From Deltaproteobacteria bacterium (GTDB taxonomy: Bacteria; Myxococcota_A; Polyangia; Polyangiales; Houyiibacteriaceae), in the NCBI GenBank assembly GCA_034670305.1, contig JAXMNT010000043.1:1-62928 (forward strand): a stretch of 62,928 nt of DNA, given 5' to 3'. Position 1 is the stretch's first letter. Each line of letters opens with the position of its first letter. The notes under the pieces are model-generated. The model did no database searches. It saw only the letters and a program-made list of their open reading frames with translations, and was not told where the DNA came from. Position numbers and translations under genes: made by a program. This document shows, in pieces, positions 39,292 through 48,359 of the stretch.

Positions 39292-40329
39292 ATGACCCGT
39301 GTCGCAACCTTGTGCGCTCTTCTCTCGCTTGTCCTTGCCTGTGGAGGCGACGACGACGGCGGAACACCCGACGGCAGCGGCGTCGACGGCAGCGGCGTCG
39401 ACGGCGGCGGCGTCGACGGCGGCGGCATCGACGGCGGCGGCGTGGACGGCGGCGGTGTGGACGGCAGCGGCGTGGACGGCGGCGGTGTGGACGGCGGCGG
39501 CGTAGACGGCGGCGGCGTGGACGGCGGCGGTGTGGACGCGGGCCCGACGGAGTGTGTGCCCGCGACCTGCGACGGACGCCAGTACGCCTGCGGCAACTGC
39601 ATGGACGACGACGAGGACGGATTCATCGACTCGCTCGATCCGGACTGTCTCGGCGCCTGCGACGACAACGAAGAAGGCTACGACCTCGGCATTCCCGGCG
39701 GCGAAGTCGGCCGATGCGACCGCGACTGTTACTACGACACCAACCAGGGATCGGGCGACGACAAATGCGAATGGGACGCGCAGTGCGATCCGCTCGCGCC
39801 GGGCCCCTTCTGCGACTTCGTGCCCGAAGACGAACGCACCGGCGCGATCATGTGCCCGGAGCCTCAAGTCGAAGCGTGCCGCACCAACTGCGCCGACATC
39901 ACGCCGAACGGCTGCGACTGCTTCGGCTGTTGTGAGCTCCCGGCGCGTTCGGGCAACTTCGTGTTCCTCGGCAGCACCGACGCAGCTGGCGAGCCAAGCT
40001 GCAACCCGAGCACCGTCGAGGACCCGGACCTCTGCCACCCCTGCACCCAGGTCACCGGCTTCTGCACCAACACCTGCGGCCGCTGCGAACTCTGCCTCGG
40101 CGAGACCATCGACGACCTCCCCGACGACTGCTTCCCGCCCCCGCCCGTCGACGCCGGCCCTGGAATCGACGGTGGTCCCGGCTCCGACGGCGGCACCGAC
40201 GCGGGCACCGACGCCGGCATGCCCGACCCCCGCTGCCCCGACGGCCGCCAACCCTGCGGCGCCCCCAGCGACCCCACCTGCCCCGCCGACCACTTCTGCC
40301 TGACCGGCTGCTGCACCCTCTTCATGTGA
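39292..40329 (+). CDS. Cys-rich lipoprotein with (GVDGG)n linker and an Asp-rich metal-binding-like motif
   Basis: Lipobox VLAC; about 12 VDGGG/VDGSG repeats; CGNCMDDDEDGFIDSLDPDCLGAC; PNGCDCFGCC. Confidence 0.85.
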   Translation: MTRVATLCALLSLVLACGGDDDGGTPDGSGVDGSGVDGGGVDGGGIDGGGVDGGGVDGSGVDGGGVDGGGVDGGGVDGGGVDAGPTECVPATCDGRQYACGNCMDDDEDGFIDSLDPDCLGACDDNEEGYDLGIPGGEVGRCDRDCYYDTNQGSGDDKCEWDAQCDPLAPGPFCDFVPEDERTGAIMCPEPQVEACRTNCADITPNGCDCFGCCELPARSGNFVFLGSTDAAGEPSCNPSTVEDPDLCHPCTQVTGFCTNTCGRCELCLGETIDDLPDDCFPPPPVDAGPGIDGGPGSDGGTDAGTDAGMPDPRCPDGRQPCGAPSDPTCPADHFCLTGCCTLFM

Positions 40330-40335
40330 CCTGAG

Positions 40336-40495
40336 GAGTCGGATTCGGATTCGGATTCGGCGTCCGGCTTCGGCTTCGGCTTCGGCTTCGGCTTCGGCTT
40401 CGGCTTCGGCTTCGGCTTCGGCTTCGGCTTCGGCTTCGGCTTCGGCGTCGGCTTCGGCGCCGGCTTCAGCGTCGGCTTCGCCGTGGGTTTCGGCC
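40336..40495 (+). repeat. TCGG-NN hexamer array
   Basis: TCGGAT x3, then a long perfect (TCGGCT)n run. Confidence 0.95.
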
Positions 40496-40522
40496 CGACC
40501 GTGAATCTGAGTCACCCTCAGT

Positions 40523-40642
40523 TTGTCCACAACCCGCGGCGATTCCGCCGGAGCGGCCACTATTGCCGCAAACCGTTACAATCATTGGACTTCCAGGTTC
40601 GGCCATCCTGCGCCCACCAACTGTCCACACCGTTTGTCCACA
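40523..40642 (+). promoter_or_regulatory. Cluster of three co-oriented DnaA-box-like 9-mers
   Basis: TTGTCCACA (40523-40531), CTGTCCACA (40621-40629), TTGTCCACA (40634-40642) in an AT-richer intergenic region. Confidence 0.6.
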
Positions 40643-40691
40643 CGTTGGACACATGTACGAGCGGTGCTCAAAACCAACCCTCGAAACGGGC

Positions 40692-41603
40692 TCAGGTGGC
40701 GTCGAACTTGTCCGCTTTGCGTTCGCCAAACAGCAGCTTCTTCTCCAGATGCGAGCGCTGCTGCTTGTAGAAGGTCCGGAGAAACCGCCGGGGGTCGGTC
40801 TGCGGCAGGGGACCCTCGAACTGGATCTTCCGAGCGATGGTCATCGCGATGATCTGGAGGTCGCGGTTGGACGCTTTGCCCGCGTCGGTCTTGCGCATGA
40901 TGCCAGCCAGAGTCTCGAGTTCGGTCTCGCCGTACACCGAGAGCTGCGGCGCGGTGAACGAGAGCACATCGTCCGGGGAATCCGGCACCAGCGACGTGCG
41001 CGCGGCCTGGTCCTGCTGGAGTTTGGCGACGGGCAGCCGCACGACGAGCGTGCCGCCCACCAGATCCCCGATGCGGGTGCGGTCCTTCGTCAGGAGCGGC
41101 AGCAAGAACATGACGAGCAGCCACAACGATGCGGGCAGCAGCAGCCACGGCGGCGCGTCGCCCCAGACTTGTTCGGGCGAAGCCATGACCGCGGCCGGCA
41201 GGAACACCTCGACGTCGCGCATGAGGTTCCGTGCGATCACCGCGTCGGTGGTCAGGCCCGCGCCGTCCCGCGAGACCACCCGGAGCTTCATGAGCCGCTT
41301 GCCGGGCGTGACCCCCTGCCAGTGCGTCTCGAAGAAGATGAAGTACCCGTGCTGCACGACGAACACGGCGATGAGCGTCATGCCCATCGGAAAACTCATC
41401 TGCGAACCCGCGCTGAGGAACGCGCCGATGAGGACGAGCGTCACGATGGTCAGACCAAGCAGCACGATGTCGAGCGAGAACGCGACCGCGCGCTCCCCGA
41501 TGCTCGCGGCGGGAAAGGTCAGCGGCACACCTTCGGGTCCGATGATCTCGATCCGCCGCTCGCCCGGCTCGTGGTGGAGCGGCGCGATGGATGCGTCCCC
41601 CAT
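40692..41603 (-). CDS. RDD-family membrane protein
   Basis: PEGVPL.F..ASIGERAVAFSLD, YFIFFE..WQGVTPGKR, RNLMR, RIGDLVGGT. Confidence 0.9.
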   Translation of the reverse strand: MGDASIAPLHHEPGERRIEIIGPEGVPLTFPAASIGERAVAFSLDIVLLGLTIVTLVLIGAFLSAGSQMSFPMGMTLIAVFVVQHGYFIFFETHWQGVTPGKRLMKLRVVSRDGAGLTTDAVIARNLMRDVEVFLPAAVMASPEQVWGDAPPWLLLPASLWLLVMFLLPLLTKDRTRIGDLVGGTLVVRLPVAKLQQDQAARTSLVPDSPDDVLSFTAPQLSVYGETELETLAGIMRKTDAGKASNRDLQIIAMTIARKIQFEGPLPQTDPRRFLRTFYKQQRSHLEKKLLFGERKADKFDAT

Positions 41604-41605
41604 CT

Positions 41606-42640
41606 TCACGATGGCGCCCCCTTTGCCGCGGCCCCGCGCTTGGTTCGACCGGCGAGAAACAACCACGCGGTGAACCAGAGCAGGTTGAACCCAAAGAGCG
41701 CGTACCGAAGCGTCAGATCCGTGACCGCCTGACGGAAGATGCCTTCCACCAGACCCGCGATGCCAAACAACACCACCGCACCCGCCACGACGATCGCACT
41801 CCGCCGACCGGCCGCCGCCAACGAATCTCGGACGGAACGTTTGCCGGGCAAGAGCATCGAGCGGCCGAGGTGCAGTCCCGCCGCGCCGCACAGGATGACC
41901 GCGCCGATCTCCGGCACGCCGTGGGGCAAGAGCCACCCGAGCAGCTCCACCGTCATGCCGCGCGAGGCGTAGAGTTCGATGAACGCGCCGAGCATCAACC
42001 CGTTCGAGAACAACAGCAGCGCGGTCGGAATGCCGCCCGCGAATCCGAGCGCGAAGCAGAGCATGCCGATGCGCGCGTTGTGTACAAAGAGGAAGGACGC
42101 AAACGTGGCCAGTTCTTCGCCGTGGTTGCCACCCGAGTAGAGCACCTCGCGCAGGGTCTCCGTCGTCGCATTCGGATCCCGACCGTTCGCGAGCGCCGGG
42201 TTCACGAACGCGTCGTACCAGCCCATGTCGGACTTCATCAGACCGACCGCCACAAACGCGCCGAGCGCGAGGAAGAGGGTCGAGAGCCCGAGCTCCGGCG
42301 CCATCGCGCGCACGCGCTGAGGAAAGGTCTCGAAGAGCGCGCGTCGCAGCGCGCCTTTGGTGGACCGGCGCGAGCCGTACACCGTCAGGTACGCGCGGCC
42401 GGCGAGCGCTTCGAGATAGAGCAGGAGCGCGCGGTCCATCGCCGTTCGGCGCGCCACGCTGAGACTCGCGAGCACCGAGCGGTAGAGCACCGGCAGCCGG
42501 TGCAGCTCCGCGCTCGAGAGCACCTTGAGCCCGCCGCGCATCGACTTGTTCACGAGCCGGTCGAGCTCGAACCATTGGCCTTCGCGTTCTTTGCGGAACG
42601 CCACCGAGCGCGGCAGGCCGGACTTCTTCGGGTCGCTCAT
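41606..42640 (-). CDS. SpoIIM/DUF95-family membrane protein
   Basis: FLFVHNARIG, NGLMLG, WLLPHGVPE, AGLVEG. Confidence 0.88.
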   Translation of the reverse strand: MSDPKKSGLPRSVAFRKEREGQWFELDRLVNKSMRGGLKVLSSAELHRLPVLYRSVLASLSVARRTAMDRALLLYLEALAGRAYLTVYGSRRSTKGALRRALFETFPQRVRAMAPELGLSTLFLALGAFVAVGLMKSDMGWYDAFVNPALANGRDPNATTETLREVLYSGGNHGEELATFASFLFVHNARIGMLCFALGFAGGIPTALLLFSNGLMLGAFIELYASRGMTVELLGWLLPHGVPEIGAVILCGAAGLHLGRSMLLPGKRSVRDSLAAAGRRSAIVVAGAVVLFGIAGLVEGIFRQAVTDLTLRYALFGFNLLWFTAWLFLAGRTKRGAAAKGAPS

Positions 42641-43938
42641 CCGATGAGCCCTCGGCGTTTGATGTGCACGTAGCGGGCGAGCAACTGCAGCGCCGCTGCA
42701 CCGGGCGGTCCGTGGATCACATCGACGCCCATGCGCCGCAGCCGGCGCAGCACCCGCTCCCGGTCCTGGCGAAGGCCGCCGGCCACCGCGGTCGCCGCGA
42801 GATCTTCGACCGTGCGCGGCAACGTGTGCACCGAGTCCTGGATGGCCGGATCGTCGAGCGCGACAAACACCACCAGGTGGCGGCGCGCCAAGTGACCAAG
42901 GTGTTCCACCATGAGCTCCGCGGTGGTGCCATCGGAGAACTCTGTGAAGACCACGATGAGCGAGCGGCGCCGGAGTTTGCCGAGGAGCGCGTGCACCCCG
43001 ACGACGTGGTTCGACTCCTGCGGCAGCGACTCCAGATCCGAGAGCGCGCGAGAGATGCGCGCCATCTGCCGCATGCCACCGCGCGGTGCGGCCCATGCGG
43101 TCTGCTTGTCTGCGTAGCCGTGCACGCCGACCAGATCCCCGGCTTTGAGCGCCACCCGCGCCAGCAGCAGCGCCGCGTGGATCGCATGGTCGAGCCGCTC
43201 GGTGCCGTCGATCGGATCCGCCATCAGTCGACCGCTGTCGACGCAGAGCACGAGCCGCTGGTTCTGCTCGAGCCGGAAACGGCGCAGCTGAAGCTTCTGG
43301 TGCCGTGCGCTCGCTTTCCAGTCCACCTTGCGCAGGTCCATGCCAGGTTCGTACGCCTCGAGCGCGTCGAACTCGCCGCCGTCGCCCTTCTTGCGCTGTA
43401 CGTGTACGCCGCCGTAGCGCTGGGCGCCGAAGTGCGCGAGCGCGAGCTCCCGGACCCGTTCCGCGTTGGGCACGATCGACACGGGCTTGTCGACCGTGTG
43501 GCGATCGATCCGGCGGAGCAGTCGGAGCGGCCCGTCGAGCCGCATCCAGAGGGCGCGCACGAACGCGCCGCCTCGGTGGGGCGCATCGGCGGTGACCTTG
43601 TGCACGCCGGGACCGCCGGTGCGGATCGCGACGTCGTCCGAGGGCTCCAGTGGTGCGTCCACTTCGCCGCGGAGGGTGGCGAAGAGCCGTTTGGGCGCAC
43701 GGACCGAGACCTTCACCTGAAGCTCGAGCGCCGCACCGACTCCGACCGCGGCGGGCACCTGCACGTCCAGCGAAGGACGGGCGCGCATCAACACGATCGC
43801 GTCGGTGAGACCGCCGAGCACGATCACCCCCCACGTGCCGAGCACCAAGGGCCACAGCGCCGAGTCGACGAGCACCGGCAACGCCGCCACGGCGAGACCG
43901 GCGAACGCGAACCAGAGCAATCGGGCGGAAGGCACCAT
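42637..43938 (-). CDS. DUF58 (vWA-like) membrane-anchored protein
   Basis: GEFDALEAYEPG.DLRKVDWKASAR, LCVDSGRLM, RRSLIVVFTE. Confidence 0.9.
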   Translation of the reverse strand: MVPSARLLWFAFAGLAVAALPVLVDSALWPLVLGTWGVIVLGGLTDAIVLMRARPSLDVQVPAAVGVGAALELQVKVSVRAPKRLFATLRGEVDAPLEPSDDVAIRTGGPGVHKVTADAPHRGGAFVRALWMRLDGPLRLLRRIDRHTVDKPVSIVPNAERVRELALAHFGAQRYGGVHVQRKKGDGGEFDALEAYEPGMDLRKVDWKASARHQKLQLRRFRLEQNQRLVLCVDSGRLMADPIDGTERLDHAIHAALLLARVALKAGDLVGVHGYADKQTAWAAPRGGMRQMARISRALSDLESLPQESNHVVGVHALLGKLRRRSLIVVFTEFSDGTTAELMVEHLGHLARRHLVVFVALDDPAIQDSVHTLPRTVEDLAATAVAGGLRQDRERVLRRLRRMGVDVIHGPPGAAALQLLARYVHIKRRGLIG

Positions 43939-43941
43939 CGT

Positions 43942-44898
43942 TCAGCGCGGGGCGGGCACCTGTTGAAGGATCTGCGTGAGCACGTCGTCGACTCGGACGT
44001 CGTCCATCTCCGCGGCCGGCGTCACGATGACGCGGTGGCGGGCGGCGGGAAGAAAGAGCGTCTTGAGATCGTCGGGCACGGTGAACTGGCGTCCTTCGCA
44101 AGCCGCGTTCGCCCGCCCCGCGGCCGCCAACATCGTCGCCGCGCGTGGAGACAGGCCGACCGCGAAGCTCGGGTGCTGACGCGTCGCACGCGCCAGATGC
44201 ACCGCGTATCGGGCGAGCGCCGGGTCGAGGTGGACCGTCTTCGACACCTCGCGCAGCGCATCCACCTGTTCGGGGGTGAGCATCGGCGCGAGTCCGACCT
44301 CGTCGAGGTCCGGCGTCCCGCTCGAGCCGCAGTGCGCGATGACCGCGTTCACTTCGTCTTCTTCCGAGGGGTAGAGCACCTCGAGCTTGAACAAGAACCG
44401 GTCGAGCTGTGCTTCGGGGAGCGGGTAGGTGCCCTCGTGTTCCACCGGGTTCTGGGTGGCGAGCACCATGAACCGGTTCGAGAGATCGTGGGTGGTTCCG
44501 TCGATGGTCACCGACCGCTCCTGCATCGCCTCGAGCAGCGCCGACTGCGTCTTGGGTGGCGTTCGGTTGACCTCGTCGGTGAGGAGGAACTCGGTGAACA
44601 CCGGCCCCTTGGTGAGCGTGAAGGACTGGGTGCGGAAGTCGAAGACGTTCGCGCCGATGACGTCGCCCGGCATGAGATCCGGGGTGCACTGCACGCGCTT
44701 CATCTCCAGCCCGAGGCAACGTGAGAAACACCGGGCAAGCAACGTCTTGCCGACACCGGGCACGCCTTCGAGCAGGATGTGACCCCGCACCAGGAAAGTC
44801 ACGAAGCAGTAGCGCACGTTCATCTCGGAACCGAGCACCACCCGTCCGATGTTCTCGGTGAGGTGGGCGAGGACCTGCTGTACGTTTTCGGGCGTCAT
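43942..44898 (-). CDS. MoxR-family AAA+ ATPase
   Basis: HILLEGVPGVGKT, QCTPDLMPGD, DEVNRTPPKTQSALLEAMQE, ATQNPVEHEGTYPLPEAQLDRF. Confidence 0.95.
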   Translation of the reverse strand: MTPENVQQVLAHLTENIGRVVLGSEMNVRYCFVTFLVRGHILLEGVPGVGKTLLARCFSRCLGLEMKRVQCTPDLMPGDVIGANVFDFRTQSFTLTKGPVFTEFLLTDEVNRTPPKTQSALLEAMQERSVTIDGTTHDLSNRFMVLATQNPVEHEGTYPLPEAQLDRFLFKLEVLYPSEEDEVNAVIAHCGSSGTPDLDEVGLAPMLTPEQVDALREVSKTVHLDPALARYAVHLARATRQHPSFAVGLSPRAATMLAAAGRANAACEGRQFTVPDDLKTLFLPAARHRVIVTPAAEMDDVRVDDVLTQILQQVPAPR

Positions 44899-46292
44899 CG
44901 AGAAGCGTCTTTCTGAGCGGTGGGGTCGGGTGGAGCTGCACTTCGGTCGTGCGGAGGAACCACGTCGGAAACGGTCGGGGCGGCCTGCGTCGAAGGCGCC
45001 TTCTTGGTGGCGGGTTCGAGCAGCCGCGCGCGGAACGCGAACGCAGCCCGGGCGACGCGCCAAGCATCGGCCTGGGCTTTGCCCGACAACCGTTTGGTGT
45101 GCGGAATCGCGTGGGCCTGCCGGATCAACTCGCTGGCCTGCGGCGGGATCTTGCGGCGTCCAGCGACGCCGTCGATGGCGAGTGCGCGCGCGGCGATCGT
45201 GGACGCCTCCGGCATGCCGAGCCGGCGATGGAGGTCTTGCAGCACTTCCACGACGTAGTTGTACGTCAGCACGCCGAGGGGCTGCCCGTCGGCGAGCACG
45301 GAGGCGGCGACCGCAATCGCTTCGCGCGGCCCGTGCCCGAGCCCGGCGTCTTCGACCGGACGCCCGAAGCGCCGGCTGCCAAGCATGATGATCAAGAAGA
45401 GCAAGAGCAGCGCGTGAATGACGAAGAGAATCGCCGGGAACTGACCGAGCGCCTCTCCGAGCTTCAACGCGTGCCCGTGTCCATGAAACGACTCGTCGAT
45501 GACCACGGTGTCCGTCTGCAGGTCTTCGATGAGCGCCAGCCAGAGCGCCGCGTGATCGGCACGGTGCAAGTTGAAGCTGTGGATGAGATCCGGATCGCTG
45601 ACGACGTATGTCCCGCGCGGGTACTCCACCACGACTGCACCGGTCGCGGCATCGAGCAACACATCGGCGCCAGGCGGGATCCGCTGAATGGTCTGCAGCT
45701 GAGGTACGTCCGCGTCGAACTCTCCCAGGAGCCCCACCAAGGTGTGGTTGGTCTGACCGCTCTCGACCAGGTGTACACGCGGGGTGCCCGCCAGGATCGT
45801 GCCGTCCGGTGCAACGGTGGGTGGCAGAGCCGCGTCGAACGTGTTGCCGAGCCGTTCTTCCGACACCAGCCGCACCGGCGGTTCCCCGAGCGCGATGCCG
45901 AGCTGAAACTCCCACTTCGGCAGCACGACCACCGTGGTGCGTCCGGCGAAATGGCGCGCATCCAGCGCGGTCTCGAGTGAGTGCAGCGCGCCATCGACCC
46001 GCGACTCCTCGGTCGGTTCGATGAAGAAGAGCGGCGCATCGATCGCATCGAACCGGTCGCCGCGGCTCTGCAGGACGTGGACGCCGAGTTCCTCGAGCAC
46101 TTCCGCGAACACCCGGTGTCCGAGCGGGCCGGCGCCGTAGCTGTCGGACTCACTCGCGCGCGGCGCAACCAGGCTCGCGCCGTAGAGCAGCGTGCCGACC
46201 CCCGCACCACCGCTGAGCACCACGATCATCAAGACGAGCCGGCGCATCCCGGGTGAGAAGACGTCGCCGCCGACGTTGCTGCCCCGCTTCAC
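44895..46292 (-). CDS. DUF4350-like membrane protein
   Basis: N-terminal TM, DSYGAGPLG, VVSDPDLI.SFNL, VVIDESFHG, TM then RRFG; position in the MoxR operon. Confidence 0.7.
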   Translation of the reverse strand: MKRGSNVGGDVFSPGMRRLVLMIVVLSGGAGVGTLLYGASLVAPRASESDSYGAGPLGHRVFAEVLEELGVHVLQSRGDRFDAIDAPLFFIEPTEESRVDGALHSLETALDARHFAGRTTVVVLPKWEFQLGIALGEPPVRLVSEERLGNTFDAALPPTVAPDGTILAGTPRVHLVESGQTNHTLVGLLGEFDADVPQLQTIQRIPPGADVLLDAATGAVVVEYPRGTYVVSDPDLIHSFNLHRADHAALWLALIEDLQTDTVVIDESFHGHGHALKLGEALGQFPAILFVIHALLLLFLIIMLGSRRFGRPVEDAGLGHGPREAIAVAASVLADGQPLGVLTYNYVVEVLQDLHRRLGMPEASTIAARALAIDGVAGRRKIPPQASELIRQAHAIPHTKRLSGKAQADAWRVARAAFAFRARLLEPATKKAPSTQAAPTVSDVVPPHDRSAAPPDPTAQKDASR

Positions 46293-47239
46293 GCCATCGC
46301 TCCGACGGGACCCACCGGTGAGGACGGAGCCGCACGGCTCGCGGCCTGCACGCCGTCGCGGAACCTGCGGACCTCGAAGAACAATGCTTCGGTGGGCTCG
46401 TCGCCGGCGAACCGCACCCGCTCGGCGAGTCGCACCACCTCACCGAGCGGCACCCGCCTCGGATCGGACTCGGACAGGGCCCGGAAGATCTCGCGCGCGG
46501 TGCGACTGCGCTGTGCTTGGCCCTTCCATCCAGACGCTTGGAGCGACTGCACCAGCAGCGCGAGGATCGCTTCGGAGTATCTGCCTTGCTGCGCGAGCTC
46601 GTCCGGGTCGCCCACCACCCACGGCAGTTCGTCGGGCCTCGGCAGCTCCGTGCCATCGGAGACACCGGGACCCGAGCTGGCGGGATCGTCCTGAAGCCGG
46701 CCCTGAAAGAGGCTGTAGATCAGGATGATGACCAGACCGACCAGCGCGATGCCCACGACGACCAGCAAGATGTTGGAGATGATGGCGCCGAACGAACCGA
46801 AGGCGCCGCTCCCACCGAGCCGCTGCTCCTGGGGCTGCAAGGTCTGACCGCGACTCGTGCGGCGGGCGTCGAGCAGCGAGCGGTCCCCCGATGCACCCTC
46901 GCCGCCCATCGACGCGGCGTTGTCTCCGCCCCGACTCGGGAACGTTCCGGCTTCGCCGGTCGGCCCGCGGTAGTGCAGCCCCTCGCCGTACCCACCGCGT
47001 TGATGCACGCGTTGCGCGACGTCGCGCGGGGATTGCGCCTGCGCACCCATCGGCGCGAACCACACGACCAAGCACAGCACCCACGCGCCCACCAGTCGGG
47101 CCGCCACGGGGGTGTTGCTGGTCTCTCGTGCGGGCCCGGACGCCTTCGGCTTTCCGAACCCTCGAAAACGGCTCCGGACCTGCTCGTCGCTTCGCTCCTG
47201 CGCGGGCCCAGAGCCTCCCTCGCGAGAGAAAATGCTCAC
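46289..47239 (-). CDS. DUF4129-like membrane protein; a palindromic element is read in frame at the N-terminus if the GTG at 47239 is the start
   Basis: Signal-like and TM helices; AQQGRYSEAILAL, SRTAREI, ERVRFAG. Confidence 0.7.
   Translation of the reverse strand: MSIFSREGGSGPAQERSDEQVRSRFRGFGKPKASGPARETSNTPVAARLVGAWVLCLVVWFAPMGAQAQSPRDVAQRVHQRGGYGEGLHYRGPTGEAGTFPSRGGDNAASMGGEGASGDRSLLDARRTSRGQTLQPQEQRLGGSGAFGSFGAIISNILLVVVGIALVGLVIILIYSLFQGRLQDDPASSGPGVSDGTELPRPDELPWVVGDPDELAQQGRYSEAILALLVQSLQASGWKGQAQRSRTAREIFRALSESDPRRVPLGEVVRLAERVRFAGDEPTEALFFEVRRFRDGVQAASRAAPSSPVGPVGAMA
47121..47229. mobile_element. MITE/REP-like element, copy 2
   Basis: Near-identical to 15822-15940; flanked by TGCT direct repeats (47116-47119, 47233-47236), 117 bp apart. 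Confidence 0.8.
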
Positions 47240-47240
47240 G

Positions 47241-48263
47241 TCACGAGAAGACGCGTGCGAGTGCGTCCGCATCCACGCCATCGCGCACGCCGCGAATCCG
47301 CGCGTAGGTCACAGCGGCAAGCGCCGAGACACCCATGATCTGCACCGCGGTGGTGACCCAGTTCAGGATGAAGGAGAGCACCTGGGAGAACGTCGAGGCC
47401 GCTTGCGGCATGCCCGTGGCGGCATCGATGCCTTGTCCGCCCGCCGCGCCAGTGAAGCAGCCGCCGATGCAAGCGAACACGACCACCGCCAGAAGGAACG
47501 CGAGGTACGAGAGCACGATGGGCACACGGTTGCCGCGGGTGAGCTCGACGCTTCGAGACATCGACTCGATCGGCCCGTGCTGCTCGGCGACCGCGGTCGG
47601 GATCGCCACGAAGAAGAGCGTCATGATGTAGAAGGCCGGCGCGAGCATGCCGACGAACATGATGACGATGCCGCAGCAAGCGCCCGCGCCGCCGCCTGCG
47701 GCGGTGAGCAGCACCGCCACACCGACGCCCGGAAGCGCCGCGAGAAAGGTGGCGAGACCCGTGAGGATCGCGATGACCAGCACGGCGCCCATGCGCGACA
47801 TCCCCTTGGAGAACGCCTGGCCGGCGGTGGCTTTGCGGCCCGCGAGGAACTCGACCGAGGTGAACATGAGCATCGCCTGCGCGAGGTAGCCCATGATGAA
47901 GTTGAGCAGCATCGCGAAGCAGAGGCCGCCGATCACGACCGGCTCGAACGCGTCCATGATCTTCGTGAAGTCCGGCTGCATGCCCAGCGCGATGTCCTGC
48001 TGGAAGCCCAGCATGTTCTCCTGCAGTCGCGCGCCACAGAACGCGCTGATCACGAGGCCGGGCAGCGGCAACAGAAACGCGATGAGGGCGAACGGGCCGA
48101 GGTTCGCGGCGATGGCCCGCATGCTCGTGCCGAGCAGATCCGAGATCTGGAGTTTGCCCGCGAGGGCGGCTTGCGCGCCGGAGAACTGAGGCGGCGGACC
48201 ACCCGGTGCGGGCGGCTGGCCCGGTGCTCCTCCGAACGGCGGTGGCGGATCCCAATCAGACAT
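47241..48263 (-). CDS. Integral membrane protein, first gene of the MoxR operon
   Basis: Pro-rich N-terminus, 5-6 TM helices, E..GPIESMSRSVELTRG, Y.RIRGVRDGVD. Confidence 0.75.
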   Translation of the reverse strand: MSDWDPPPPFGGAPGQPPAPGGPPPQFSGAQAALAGKLQISDLLGTSMRAIAANLGPFALIAFLLPLPGLVISAFCGARLQENMLGFQQDIALGMQPDFTKIMDAFEPVVIGGLCFAMLLNFIMGYLAQAMLMFTSVEFLAGRKATAGQAFSKGMSRMGAVLVIAILTGLATFLAALPGVGVAVLLTAAGGGAGACCGIVIMFVGMLAPAFYIMTLFFVAIPTAVAEQHGPIESMSRSVELTRGNRVPIVLSYLAFLLAVVVFACIGGCFTGAAGGQGIDAATGMPQAASTFSQVLSFILNWVTTAVQIMGVSALAAVTYARIRGVRDGVDADALARVFS

Positions 48264-48359
48264 GGCCACGGAGGCTAGCACCCCTGTGCATCCCATCCCA
48301 TGGACAAACCACCTCGATGGATGGCCCCTGAAAATGTGCCCTGCGTGGGCCGGTCGGGG

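Noticed and set aside
41606-42640. Sporulation function for the SpoIIM-like gene
   Set aside because: Its context is the MoxR/DUF58/RDD operon found in non-sporulating bacteria; the name reflects family only.
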